Below are positions 1 to 10,200 of a stretch of DNA of 64,000 bases, one piece after another. Under the pieces are notes generated by a model. That model was not told the origin of the DNA. It did not search any database and saw nothing but the letters and a program-made list of their open reading frames with translations. The DNA is from Parcubacteria group bacterium (lineage in GTDB: Bacteria; Patescibacteriota; Patescibacteriia; Buchananbacterales; UBA6539): assembly GCA_002687175.1 (NCBI GenBank), contig NYZP01000002.1, positions 1,171 to 65,170 of the forward strand, in the 5' to 3' direction. Position numbers and translations under genes: made by a program. Numbering within the stretch: the first letter of the stretch is position 1; every line of letters begins with the position of its first letter.

Positions 1-435
1 GAAAAAGAACTGATTGAATTTATCAAAGAAACAATCGGTAATTTAGAGCAAAAATACAAAGAAGTATATCTTTTGAGAAATGAAGAAGTTTACAAGATAT
101 ATGATTTTGAACAAGGTAGAGGCTTCCAACCTGACTTTATTCTCTTCGTAAAAACAAAAGATAAAAAAGAAGTAAAGAACGGATTCAAAGCAGAGTTATA
201 CTATCAAATATTTATTGAGCCAAAAGGAAATGAATATATTGGAGAGGATGGAACTTTTAAAACTGGAAAAGAAGGCTGGAAGGAACAATTTTTAGAAGAA
301 ATATCTGAGAAATACGGATTTGAAAAAATCATAAAAGCGGAAAATCCAAATTATAGACTTGTTGGATTACCATTCTTTAATAAGGATCATAATTCTAACT
401 TTAAGAATGAATATGAATTAGTCGTAAATGAATAA
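1..435 (+). CDS. Type III restriction enzyme Res subunit, C-terminal nuclease domain (5' end outside window)
   Basis: Frame open from base 1 (EKELIEFIKE...); PD-(D/E)xK-type motif GFQPDFILF...IFIEPKG typical of Res C-termini. Confidence 0.7.
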   Translation, partial: EKELIEFIKETIGNLEQKYKEVYLLRNEEVYKIYDFEQGRGFQPDFILFVKTKDKKEVKNGFKAELYYQIFIEPKGNEYIGEDGTFKTGKEGWKEQFLEEISEKYGFEKIIKAENPNYRLVGLPFFNKDHNSNFKNEYELVVNE

Positions 436-603
436 GGAGTTTTAAATTTTTGGCATTCACCCCTTAACCCCCTCTGCCAAAAATTCAAAACAAAAACAAA
501 TTTATACTTTTAAGATAAAGCCTATCAAAATGATATTGATTGAAAAATATTTTTTGAACTCAAGCCACGTTGCACTCTCGCTTCACTGCGTTCCGCTCGG
601 GGC

Positions 604-701
604 GTATAACACAGTATATGCGGTTCGCTCGTTGCACTTCGCTCTCTCATATTTTGCTCCGCTCCGCTCCGCAAAACATCGCATATACTGGAACGTTGTA
701 C
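604..701 (+). repeat. attC-like integron cassette recombination site
   Basis: GTATAAC (604-610) and GTTGTAC (695-701) core-like ends; perfect inner inverted repeat CAGTATATGCG (612-622) / CGCATATACTG (680-690). Confidence 0.6.
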
Positions 702-723
702 GAAGTTAATTATTTATAAATAT

Positions 724-1143
724 ATGTTCAAAAAATCAAGGATTAAATTAATCTTAAAAATCTTATGGCCTTTATTACCAATCATCTTATTCCCTTTAAT
801 TGTAATTATGGTTGATTTCATTATGTGGAGTGATTATGGTTACAGCGAAACCTACGAAACAATCAAAAAAATATCAAGCCCGATTCTGATTTTTTATTTT
901 CTCCTTATAATTCTATATATTCCATTTGCACCAATCTTAAATTTTTTTGATTTCACTCTCATAGAAAAAACTGGGTCAGGGCTGGCTACTGCTGGTGATA
1001 TTGTACCTCATTTAACTGCACCCGGTGCCTTAATTGTAGGGATATTTTACTCAATAACAATATATATAATCTTCTTTATTCTTAAGGCATTAATAAGAGA
1101 TATTAAGGAGCGTAGACATAATAATAAATCAACAACTGAATAA
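724..1143 (+). CDS. Hypothetical membrane protein, probable gene cassette ORF
   Basis: Three hydrophobic segments; bounded by attC-like core sites. Confidence 0.75.
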   Translation: MFKKSRIKLILKILWPLLPIILFPLIVIMVDFIMWSDYGYSETYETIKKISSPILIFYFLLIILYIPFAPILNFFDFTLIEKTGSGLATAGDIVPHLTAPGALIVGIFYSITIYIIFFILKALIRDIKERRHNNKSTTE

Positions 1144-1183
1144 TTAACTTCGCATAACACCGGCTATACAGTTCGCTTCCGGT
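1141..1183 (+). repeat. Truncated second attC-like site (5' part only)
   Basis: TAATTAACTTCGCATAAC is the near-perfect reverse complement of the cassette start GTTGTACGAAGTTAATTA (695-712); followed by GTTCGCT as in the first site. Confidence 0.5.
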
Positions 1184-1207
1184 AAATAACATATTCCTTA
1201 ACTAATT

Positions 1208-1235
1208 CCGCCAATATCAATAAGGCGGGTTTTTT
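1208..1235 (+). terminator. Intrinsic terminator candidate
   Basis: CCGCC...GGCGG stem followed by T run. Confidence 0.5.
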
Positions 1236-1389
1236 GTTATAATTGCTAAAGAGGGATAAATAAACACTTGTGTTTATTTAGACCGAACGACGTAATTTCA
1301 ATTTAATTAAACTATTATTCTTTAAAAATATAGTTAAAAAACCAGAATTGGTTTACTTGATATACGACAAAATTAAATGGAGGTTTGTC

Positions 1390-1563
1390 ATGTTGCCTGA
1401 CGGTTCAGATCCTTGGTATACGATTCCAGCTATGCTTCTGCTTATAGGAACAGCATACCTTACTAACGGTTGGGGTATTATTCCAACCCTGCTCATTATG
1501 CTCATTGGGGCATACTACTACGAGAAACGGAGAGAACAAAAAGAAACTGACAAAAGTCAATGA
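1390..1563 (+). CDS. Small hypothetical membrane protein
   Basis: GGAGG upstream of ATG 1390; two hydrophobic helices and a charged tail. Confidence 0.6.
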   Translation: MLPDGSDPWYTIPAMLLLIGTAYLTNGWGIIPTLLIMLIGAYYYEKRREQKETDKSQ

Positions 1564-1628
1564 AGATCTTTTGCGAGAGCGTAAAACGCGCTCTCTCCCA
1601 ATTCTGATTTTTTAACTAAAATTATGTT

Positions 1629-2516
1629 ATGAAGTATTACATTGGCCTTGATATTGGTGCTACAAAAATCGCGGCGGCCTTGGTATCAGGCAAAAAAATA
1701 ATCAAAAAAGCTAGGGTGGAAACTCAGGTTAAAAAAGGCCGGCAACGGGTTTTGAAAAATATAAACTTAGCCGTAAATACTGTTTGGTCACCAAAGGTAA
1801 AAGGCATTGGCATTGGTATTGCCGGAAAAGTTGATCGAAAAAAAGGCATATTTGTTAAAGGACCAAATTTTGACAAAAATTTTAAAAATGTTAACCTAAG
1901 AAACTATTTACAAACTGCCTTTAAAGTACCGCTAAAAATAGAAAATGACGCCAACTGTTTTGTTTTAGCCGAGGCAATTCACGGTATAGCTAAAAATTAT
2001 AATCATGTTGTGGGTCTAACCTTAGGCACTGGCGTTGGTGGCGGCATTGTGATTAATAAACAGGTTTATCACGGCAGCACCGGCTCAGCTGGTGAGTTGG
2101 GTCACATTACTATTCAAAACAGCGGCTTAAAATGTAGCTGTGGTCATCGCGGTCATTTGGAAGCTTATGCCTCGGGCAAAGCGACGTCTAATTTGTATAA
2201 AAAACTTTCCGGTCGCCGCTTGCATCCCCTGGAAATTGAGGCCAATGCCAAAAAAGGTAATAAAAAAGCCCTGACAGTTTTTAATACCATGAGCGACTCC
2301 TTGGCCGCCGGTCTAAGTAGCATCATTTATAGCTTAAATCCTGATATCATAGTATTGGGTGGTGGGCTGGCAAAGGTAAAAATTTATATTTCACCGGCAA
2401 TAAAATTGGCGAAAAAAAAATTAGTATATAGTTCGCTCAACAAAACAAAAATTGTAACCAATCCCAACAGTAGCAACATGGCAATTTTGGGTGCCACGTT
2501 ATTATTTAAAAAGTAG
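1629..2516 (+). CDS. ROK family sugar kinase (glucokinase-like)
   Basis: GLDIGATK, ENDAN, GTGVGGG, GELGH, CSCGxxGxLE motifs. Confidence 0.92.
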   Translation: MKYYIGLDIGATKIAAALVSGKKIIKKARVETQVKKGRQRVLKNINLAVNTVWSPKVKGIGIGIAGKVDRKKGIFVKGPNFDKNFKNVNLRNYLQTAFKVPLKIENDANCFVLAEAIHGIAKNYNHVVGLTLGTGVGGGIVINKQVYHGSTGSAGELGHITIQNSGLKCSCGHRGHLEAYASGKATSNLYKKLSGRRLHPLEIEANAKKGNKKALTVFNTMSDSLAAGLSSIIYSLNPDIIVLGGGLAKVKIYISPAIKLAKKKLVYSSLNKTKIVTNPNSSNMAILGATLLFKK

Positions 2517-2527
2517 TAATACAATTC

Positions 2528-5455
2528 ATGCCAATCCCCGGACTATCAACTAAAACTAAATCTCCCCAAGACTGGAGAAAAAAAAGTCCTGTTCGTCGTC
2601 GTAAATCGTCGGGATCTTTTAGCAAAAAACCAATTTATACCGGGGGTAAGAAAAAGAAATTTAAATTACCTTCCAATATAAGTAAAGGTGTTATAACCTT
2701 AATTGGTTTAGCTATTGCCATTGGCGGAATTTTAAGTATTATTATGTTGGCCTGGATCGCTAAAGATTTACCAAATCCCAACCGAATCATTGAACGATCA
2801 GTAGCCCAAAGTACTAAAATTTTTGATAGTACTGGCGAAAGTTTACTTTACGATGTTCATGGTGCTGAGAAAAGAACAGTGGTGGAGCTGTCTGACATCC
2901 CTCAATTTGTTCAACAAGCAACATTAATAGCCGAAGATAAAAAATTCTACGAGCATGGAGGCATCAGTTTTACTGGTATTCTTAGATCCGTGATCGTTAA
3001 TTTTTTAAAGGGCGGTAAGGTACAAGGTGGTTCAACCTTAACCCAGCAGTTAGTTAAAAATGCCGTATTAACTCCCGAAAAAACTTACACTCGAAAAATC
3101 AAAGAAATTATTTTATCCTATCAAATAGAAAAAAAGTTTTCTAAAGACGAAATATTAAAACTTTACTTTAATGAAATCCCTTACGGTTCAGTGGCTTATG
3201 GTGTTGAAGCCGCAGCTCAAACCTATTTTGGCAAAGGAATCACAGAGATTACTCTAGCCGAGGCTGCAATTTTAGCATCACTACCCAAAGCGCCAACTTA
3301 CTACTCCCCTTACGGTAGCCACCAAGACGATCTTTTAGGTCGACAACAATTTATTTTAAATGGCATGGCCGATGCTGGTTATATTACTCAAGAAGATGCC
3401 GACAAGGCTGCTGAAGAAGAACTGGAGTTTAAGAAACGAACTGAAAACATTGTTGCGCCTCATTTTATAATGTATGTTCGAGAATACCTAACCGAAAAAT
3501 ATGGTGAATTGGTTGTTGAACAAGGCGGATTACAAGTTAAAACCACGCTGGATCTTTATAAGCAAGGATTGGCTGAAGAAGTAATAACTGAAATAGCTGA
3601 AACAAACGCTGAAAACTGGGACGCTAATAATGCAGCCCTAGTAGCGATTGATACTAAAACTGGACAAATTGAAGCCATGGTTGGTTCCAAAGATTATTTT
3701 GCTGATCCAGCCCCCGAAGACTGTAATCCAGGTATTGATTGCGTATTTGATCCACAGGTGAATACTTCGATACGCTTAAGACAACCCGGTTCATCATTCA
3801 AACCAATTGTTTTTACTGCCGCTTTTAAAAAAGGCTATACTCCGGAAACAGTCTTATATGACGTAAATACTGTCTTTCAAAACTATGATCTTAAGGACTA
3901 CGAGCCTAAGAACTACGACTTAGTTGAACATGGCCCGGTTACTATTAGAAAATCCCTGCAGGGTTCTTTAAATATTCCAGCGGTCAAAGCGATTTTTTTA
4001 ACCGGCGTTGATAACGTTATTGATCTGGCCGAAGATTTGGGCTATACCAGTTTAAGCAACCGAAGCCGGTTTGGTTTATCTCTGGTTTTGGGCGGCGGTG
4101 AAGTCAAACTACTGGAACACACTAATGCTTTTGCGGTGTTAGCTCGTGAGGGTGAATGGCACCCACCGGTGGCAATTTTAGAAGTTAAAGATAAAGATGG
4201 AAATATCTTAGAAGAGTACGAGAAAAAGGATAAAAAGGTTTTGAGCACCGAGTTAGCTCGGCAAATCAATAATGTTTTATCAGATAATAGCGCACGAGCC
4301 TATGTTTTTGGAGAAAACAATTACCTAACTCTTGGTGGGCGTGATGTTGCCGCTAAAACCGGAACAACCGATGATTATCGTGATGCCTGGACTATTGGCT
4401 ATACTCCTTCTTTAGCGGTTGGCGTTTGGGTCGGTAATAATAATAACGAAACCATGCGTCGCGGCGCCGCCGGTGGCGTGGTTGCCGCTCCAATTTGGAA
4501 TGGCTTTATGAGGCGTGTTCTAGGTGACACGCCATTTGAAAGCTTTAAAGGCCCCAAAGAAATCACCACTGACAAACCAGTATTAAATGGCAGTATTACC
4601 GAGGGGATTAAAGTTAAAATTGACAAAATCACTGGTAAGCTGGCCACCAGCTTAACTCCGGAGAATCAAGTTGAAGAAAAAATATTTAGACAAACTCACT
4701 CTATTTTACATTACATTAACAAAGATGACCCCCAAGGCAGTTCCGGACCAAACTTAAATAGCGAACAGTACACCCGCTGGGAAGATGCTGTTCAACTTTG
4801 GGCCGAAAAAAATAATTATGTTTCCGAAGAACCACCAACCGAATTTGATGATATTCACACCACCGCTGACCGACCAACCATTAAAATTACCTCTCCCAAT
4901 CAAAACCAAACAATCACTGACCGCAGTTTAACCGCCGAAGTTAGTGCCTCCGCTCCCCGTGGTGTCAAGCTAGTTGAGTACTACATTAACGACCGACTAT
5001 TAAAAGAAGTAGCTTCTCCGCCATTTAACTTAAATGTCTTTATTGAAGATCCAAATATCACTGCTGGCTTTTATCAATTTACCGCCATTGCTTATGATGA
5101 TATTGGTAATAATAAAAGCGTTACCATTAACCTTAATATGCAGCTACCAGCCTTACCGTCGGCATTGGTTTGGACAGTACCGACTGATAATGATTCATTA
5201 ACGGAAAGTGACTTCCCTTTGATCATAACTGCTGATTTAGGAAATCCAACAGGAATTCAAAAAATTGATCTCTACTATGAAAATTCCGAGGGTGCTGTTA
5301 ACTATATTAATACTGCCCGTCAATTCCCGGGTGATAAACTGATTGCTCAGTGGTCTACTCCACCATCAGCTGGTAGTTACTCAGTCTATGCTGAAATTAC
5401 AAATCAGGATGGTTATAGTTACGATAGCGAGAAGATTAGGGTTGAAATAAAATAA
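2528..5455 (+). CDS. Class A penicillin-binding protein (transglycosylase/transpeptidase) with C-terminal Ig-like domains
   Basis: EDKKFYEHGG, GGSTLTQQLVKN, SSFK, SLN, KTGT motifs; N-terminal TM anchor. Confidence 0.95.
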   Translation: MPIPGLSTKTKSPQDWRKKSPVRRRKSSGSFSKKPIYTGGKKKKFKLPSNISKGVITLIGLAIAIGGILSIIMLAWIAKDLPNPNRIIERSVAQSTKIFDSTGESLLYDVHGAEKRTVVELSDIPQFVQQATLIAEDKKFYEHGGISFTGILRSVIVNFLKGGKVQGGSTLTQQLVKNAVLTPEKTYTRKIKEIILSYQIEKKFSKDEILKLYFNEIPYGSVAYGVEAAAQTYFGKGITEITLAEAAILASLPKAPTYYSPYGSHQDDLLGRQQFILNGMADAGYITQEDADKAAEEELEFKKRTENIVAPHFIMYVREYLTEKYGELVVEQGGLQVKTTLDLYKQGLAEEVITEIAETNAENWDANNAALVAIDTKTGQIEAMVGSKDYFADPAPEDCNPGIDCVFDPQVNTSIRLRQPGSSFKPIVFTAAFKKGYTPETVLYDVNTVFQNYDLKDYEPKNYDLVEHGPVTIRKSLQGSLNIPAVKAIFLTGVDNVIDLAEDLGYTSLSNRSRFGLSLVLGGGEVKLLEHTNAFAVLAREGEWHPPVAILEVKDKDGNILEEYEKKDKKVLSTELARQINNVLSDNSARAYVFGENNYLTLGGRDVAAKTGTTDDYRDAWTIGYTPSLAVGVWVGNNNNETMRRGAAGGVVAAPIWNGFMRRVLGDTPFESFKGPKEITTDKPVLNGSITEGIKVKIDKITGKLATSLTPENQVEEKIFRQTHSILHYINKDDPQGSSGPNLNSEQYTRWEDAVQLWAEKNNYVSEEPPTEFDDIHTTADRPTIKITSPNQNQTITDRSLTAEVSASAPRGVKLVEYYINDRLLKEVASPPFNLNVFIEDPNITAGFYQFTAIAYDDIGNNKSVTINLNMQLPALPSALVWTVPTDNDSLTESDFPLIITADLGNPTGIQKIDLYYENSEGAVNYINTARQFPGDKLIAQWSTPPSAGSYSVYAEITNQDGYSYDSEKIRVEIK

Positions 5456-5530
5456 ACAGATTGCCCTAGCGCTTGAAAAAGGTTACAATTTATACAAGAG
5501 GAGAGGCTGAGTATTAATAAAATTAAACCT

Positions 5531-6201
5531 ATGACAAAAACCAATACCGCAGAAAAGCAAAATAAAAATAGTGATGGAAGCTATGCTGTTTCTTCAAAAA
5601 ATAAAAATTCGGTATAGCTTTAATAATTGGGCCCTTTATAGGCCTACTATTTGTTTTTATATCTTATGACATTGCTACTTTTACCATAGCCCAGGTGTAT
5701 GGTCTGTCAACTGAAGCTTCCTTAAATACTCCATCCAACGAAATTGGATCCGGAGTATTAAGTATAATTAATGTGCTCTTAGGATTCATTGGTATTTTCT
5801 GTTCTATAGGAATTATTATCGGAATTCCGCTTGGTATTATTTTGCTCAACAAAAAAGTGTTGGTATCAGGAACCTTTGACGATAGATCAGGCAATGGTAA
5901 AAATTCAACTGTCCCAGAGGAAATAAAAGGTTGGAATTGGGGCGCCGCTGGCTTACACTGGATTTAGGGAGTTTGGCATGGAGTTTGGATATCGCTGCTG
6001 GTTTTTATCCCGGTGGTTAACTTGGTGATGGTTATAGTTTTGGGGATAAAAGGAAATGAATGGGCCTGGAGAGCACAAAAATGGGAAAGTGTAGAAAAAT
6101 TTCAGACTTCTCAAAACAAATGGAAACCCTGGGGTATTGTATTTTTTGTCTTAATACTGCTGAGTATAATATCAAATATTCTGTTGCCAGATACTTCATA
6201 G
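5531..6201 (+). pseudogene. Disrupted membrane protein of the WNWGA...GNEWAW type
   Basis: Frameshift in A-rich run near 5600-5610 and in-frame TAG at 5965-5967 (WNWGAAGLHWI*GVWHGVW) joining the ORF-track fragments 5695-5967 and 6013-6201. Confidence 0.75.
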
Positions 6202-6245
6202 ATTCAATAAAAATTTAATTAAATAATAATTTATATATTTAGATC

Positions 6246-6461
6246 ATAAAAGAGACCCACGCCAGAAGTATTTTCAAAACTATCAGCTGGCGAGTTATTG
6301 CGACCCTAACTACTACCATACTGGTTTACCTTTTTACGGGCAGTTTTAAAATCGCTCTAGGCATTGGATTTTTTGAAGCCAGCCTAAAACTTTTATTTTA
6401 TTACTTACATGAACGCGCTTGGGACAAAATTAATTGGGGAACAGCTTTAACAAAAAAATAG
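6246..6461 (+). pseudogene. DUF2061-type small membrane protein lacking a canonical start codon
   Basis: Manual translation KETHARSIFKTISWRVIATLTT...LFYYLHERAWDKINWG; in-frame TAG at 6240 then ATC ATA, no ATG. Confidence 0.7.
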
Positions 6462-6691
6462 AGTTGTATTTTAAAAATTACTACTTGTTTGACAAAACAG
6501 CTAACTGTAGTATTATTGAGTAACAAAGAGCCTAAAAAACCGTGCTAACGGTTCTTTTTTAAGCTACTAAAATCTTTTTTAAATAAACTTGCAATAGTCC
6601 ATAAAATCAAAAGCCGATATTTCATCGGGGGTGTTTTTTTAAATAAAAAAAGACCCCGGGAACTAAAAGCTCCTGGGGTATAGAAAATTTC

Positions 6692-8863
6692 TTAAGATGC
6701 AACTGACCTAGTATGACTACCTGCTAGGGGTTGCCTTTTTTGTAGTTCCTCCAACTGGTCAATGACCTGGGACACAAAACTTTCAGAGCCTATGGCGTGA
6801 ACTCTAATAGCCAAAGCACGATACTCTTTGAGGGCATTCTCAACGGAATGGTTGCTCAAAATGACATGAATAAACAAGGTGTTGGCTGAGGCACTCTTAA
6901 CAGCATCAGATACCTGGCGTTTCTTGTCAGACTCAATAAACGCTACTTTCTTGGCACCAAGGCTACGAATATCCTGAAGCAGTCTGGTCTTGTGTGGAGC
7001 CACCTTCCTGCCACCGATAATCACTACCTTAGAAAAGATAGACAACGGAGGTTGCTCAACAGGCTCAATCTCAGGCTCTGCTGCTGGCGCCGGTACACCC
7101 TGAATATCCAGAATTCTGATAATACCTGCTGAATCTTTAGCTCTGACTGAAACAATCAGAGGAGAGTCAGGAGCCAGCAAGGCCTTCAAGGAATCAGGTT
7201 TAGAAAACAGGGATTGAGCAATGTTTAAGCCCATCTGTTTGCAGACATTAGCGATCTCTTGAAGTCGCAGAAGGTCTCTCCGGGAAAAAGAGTTCCAAAA
7301 CTTTTCACTGTCACTGTCACTAAAGACTGGTAGTGTCTCGCGGATTTCAGCAATCAGTACCCCTCTGGTTGATACGTACTCCTCGTCCCCTTCAGGTCCT
7401 GTTGCTTGAGTAATCCGAGCACTTTCTGCTTGTTTACTTAAGAATCTGTTATATAGATCCTCAAGACCCTTAAGGGCTTGGCAACGTACTGAGAGTTTAC
7501 CGGCACTCATTGCCTTGGTATACATTCCCTTAACGGCCCGCTTGGCATCACCCTGAAGTCTTTGCCCCAAATAACTCCAATACTGCTCGGCTTCATCCTC
7601 TATCTCCTGAGCTATCCAAAGATCCTTTTCCTTCTTGCATAAAGGTCCCAGCAGTCCACGAACAGTCTTCTGACCACGGTCATAAAACGGCAGGGGCTGC
7701 CACAACAGTCTCCCAGGATAATTACGATAGAATACCCAGGTGGTTCTCCTGACTGATTTCTTTGTGGGATAAGCATTCATTTTACTTTCCAGCTCTTCCC
7801 TAACAATCCGCGACATGGACATAGGCAGTATCTGAAGACCAAGACCAAGCGCCAAAACGACAATTCCCCAAAATACCGGTTTACCCCAGTGGCTTAACCA
7901 GACTTCTTGAGCGACCGCATCAGCTATTCTTTGCTGTTCCGGCAAACGATGGGTGTTGAAGTAGTACGAACCGTAAGCCAAAGGCCAGCTGAGCGCAATG
8001 CTATTAGCTTTTTGCTGAATCGTCGTCATCATCAGCTGTCTGGTGCTACGGGCGACGGTTGGTGTGCCTGGCCTGGTTGGCCTCAACCGTTCTGGCATTA
8101 CCCCACTTTCAAGCTGTTTATTCACTTCGGGGGAGAGTGAACGAACACCGACTCCTCGTACATCTTTTTCAACTGTCCTTTGGGCCATAGAATATAACAC
8201 CAGGCACGGACCAACCATTGACCGTAGTTCTCGAACCTGGCTCCTGGAAAAAACAAAATTATAGGACTCGTACGGTTTAGACTCAAACATAAAACCCTGG
8301 TCATCGTTTGAGCTGTAATTATCAATGGTCTTCTGAAGATTAAGAGCAGCCTGCTCCGCCTCTTGTCGCGCCGGGACTGAATTCATCAGAGCTTCATATT
8401 GCCCAACCCGCTGCTCATGACTCTTGGGCATCTGGAAAAATGAGCCCATACTCAATATGGCCGGGCTAAAACGAATGGTTGTGACAATTCGTAACATTTC
8501 ACCTTCTTGCTCAACTTCCTCGTAGTAAAAGTTGATCAAGTCTCCGGTGTAGCTTCGATCCCAATCAATCAATCCTTCAGACTCAATATTGGCCACTGGT
8601 TGAAGGATTTGGCCCAGACTCATCCTTAAAGTTTCGGCAATATGCTTTTTGCCGGAAATCATAAGGGCGTCTGTCATCTTCCTAACTTCGTCAGCTTGGT
8701 GCATAATCTCGAAAGCTGACACCTGCTGGTTCGCCAAAATGTTGATACGCTTTAGTTCAATCTCTGCTTCGATTTGCTTATTACTGGTGAAACCCTCCTG
8801 TCTAAACGAAAAAGCGATGGCCACCGAGCATGCAAGCAACACAAAAAGCAATACTTGTCTCAT
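6692..8863 (-). CDS. Large hypothetical membrane protein with signal peptide, central TM helix and C-terminal DUF2325-like domain
   Basis: GGGAG upstream of ATG 8863; hydrophobic N-terminus; TM near residue 335; C-terminal KVVIIGGR...SNHS alpha/beta pattern. Confidence 0.7.
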   Translation of the reverse strand: MRQVLLFVLLACSVAIAFSFRQEGFTSNKQIEAEIELKRINILANQQVSAFEIMHQADEVRKMTDALMISGKKHIAETLRMSLGQILQPVANIESEGLIDWDRSYTGDLINFYYEEVEQEGEMLRIVTTIRFSPAILSMGSFFQMPKSHEQRVGQYEALMNSVPARQEAEQAALNLQKTIDNYSSNDDQGFMFESKPYESYNFVFSRSQVRELRSMVGPCLVLYSMAQRTVEKDVRGVGVRSLSPEVNKQLESGVMPERLRPTRPGTPTVARSTRQLMMTTIQQKANSIALSWPLAYGSYYFNTHRLPEQQRIADAVAQEVWLSHWGKPVFWGIVVLALGLGLQILPMSMSRIVREELESKMNAYPTKKSVRRTTWVFYRNYPGRLLWQPLPFYDRGQKTVRGLLGPLCKKEKDLWIAQEIEDEAEQYWSYLGQRLQGDAKRAVKGMYTKAMSAGKLSVRCQALKGLEDLYNRFLSKQAESARITQATGPEGDEEYVSTRGVLIAEIRETLPVFSDSDSEKFWNSFSRRDLLRLQEIANVCKQMGLNIAQSLFSKPDSLKALLAPDSPLIVSVRAKDSAGIIRILDIQGVPAPAAEPEIEPVEQPPLSIFSKVVIIGGRKVAPHKTRLLQDIRSLGAKKVAFIESDKKRQVSDAVKSASANTLFIHVILSNHSVENALKEYRALAIRVHAIGSESFVSQVIDQLEELQKRQPLAGSHTRSVAS

Positions 8864-9039
8864 CTCTTCTTCTCCCAATTTTTGGACCTAGTTGGTCCGT
8901 TTGTTGTCAACGATCTATTATCTATATAAAACAAGTATAGTCTAGACCATACTTGTGTATCTAATTTAATATTAAACCTTTTTTGTTTAGCTGTCTACCT
9001 GATTAATAGACTGACTAACGAAAAATTCTCAACATTTAT

Positions 9040-10200
9040 TTACTGCTTGATCGGCATGATGATATATAAATAATCAGCATCTTTTTTTGCCGGTTTTAAA
9101 ACACAGGGGCTATTGCTATCAATCAAACTAACTTCGGCCTGTTCAGTATTAATGTTTTGTAGTCCGTCAAGCAAGTAACGATAGTTAATAACAATACTGT
9201 TGCTGTCACCGGAAACTTCGCCGCTCATCCGGGATATATTTTCTCCTAGCTGATTGTTGGCCGAAGAGACAACTGTCTCTTTCTTGTCTGGTAAAAATTC
9301 TAAACTAACATCATAGATACCGCTTCTGGTAAACAAGCTGGTGGTCTTGGTGGCATTGATAAATTCAGAAACATTCAAGGTGGCGGTGGTGTTTTGTTGC
9401 TGAGGAATAATTTGTTGGTAATCTGGATACTGTCCTTCAACCAAGCGTGAAATTAATTCAATATTACCAAGGACAAATAAAATCTGATTTTCTGCTAAAT
9501 AAATTTCAACCTCATTAATATCTGAGATAGCGGCCGGATCTTTAAAACTTCCTAAAATCCGTTGGAGTTCTTGAAGGGTTCTGGTTGGGACAATTACTTT
9601 TTGGGGGACACTTGTTGATTTTTTTCCAAGGGCAACTGATTTTTCTGCCAAGCGATAGCTGTCAGTAGCTGCTAAGGTTAGCTTACCGTCAGCAAAGTTA
9701 AACAAAACTCCATTTATTTCTGGTCGTGTCTCGCTAGTAGAAACAGCAAAAATTGTTTGGCTTACGGCCTGGTGAAAATCTTGATAATCTAGGGCGTAAA
9801 CATTTTTTTTATCAATTTGAGGAATTAATGGAAAGTCGGTAGCCGGGTGCCCCTTAACCTTAGTAGAATTATTCTTGCAACTAACTCCAAGAACTTGGTC
9901 CTTGCTTTCTTTGGGGTCGCTGTTTTTAGCAATTGACAAATCAACACGTTCTTTTGGTAATAGCCCGACGTAGTCGGCCAGTAATCGTGACTGAACAGTA
10001 AAATCTCCCTCTTCCTCAACCTTGCCCCGAACAATACAGCTTACTCCAATCTCTAAATTTGTGGCTGAAAGTTTTATGGTGTTTTCTGAAGCTTGAATTA
10101 AAACATTATTTAAAATTTGTAGAGCAGTATTTTTCGAAGCGATGTGACTAACAACAAATAACCCCTGATTTAAGTTCTCTTGCGTACACGATATCTTCAT
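9040..10200 (-). CDS. dnaN: DNA polymerase III beta clamp
   Basis: ATNLE, ATDSYRLA, SRLVEGQYPDY, IIMPIK; downstream of dnaA. Confidence 0.98.
   Translation of the reverse strand: MKISCTQENLNQGLFVVSHIASKNTALQILNNVLIQASENTIKLSATNLEIGVSCIVRGKVEEEGDFTVQSRLLADYVGLLPKERVDLSIAKNSDPKESKDQVLGVSCKNNSTKVKGHPATDFPLIPQIDKKNVYALDYQDFHQAVSQTIFAVSTSETRPEINGVLFNFADGKLTLAATDSYRLAEKSVALGKKSTSVPQKVIVPTRTLQELQRILGSFKDPAAISDINEVEIYLAENQILFVLGNIELISRLVEGQYPDYQQIIPQQQNTTATLNVSEFINATKTTSLFTRSGIYDVSLEFLPDKKETVVSSANNQLGENISRMSGEVSGDSNSIVINYRYLLDGLQNINTEQAEVSLIDSNSPCVLKPAKKDADYLYIIMPIKQ

Noticed and set aside
5965-5967. In-frame TAG as stop-codon recoding
   Set aside because: Many intact genes here end in TAG or TGA, and the same gene also has a frameshift.
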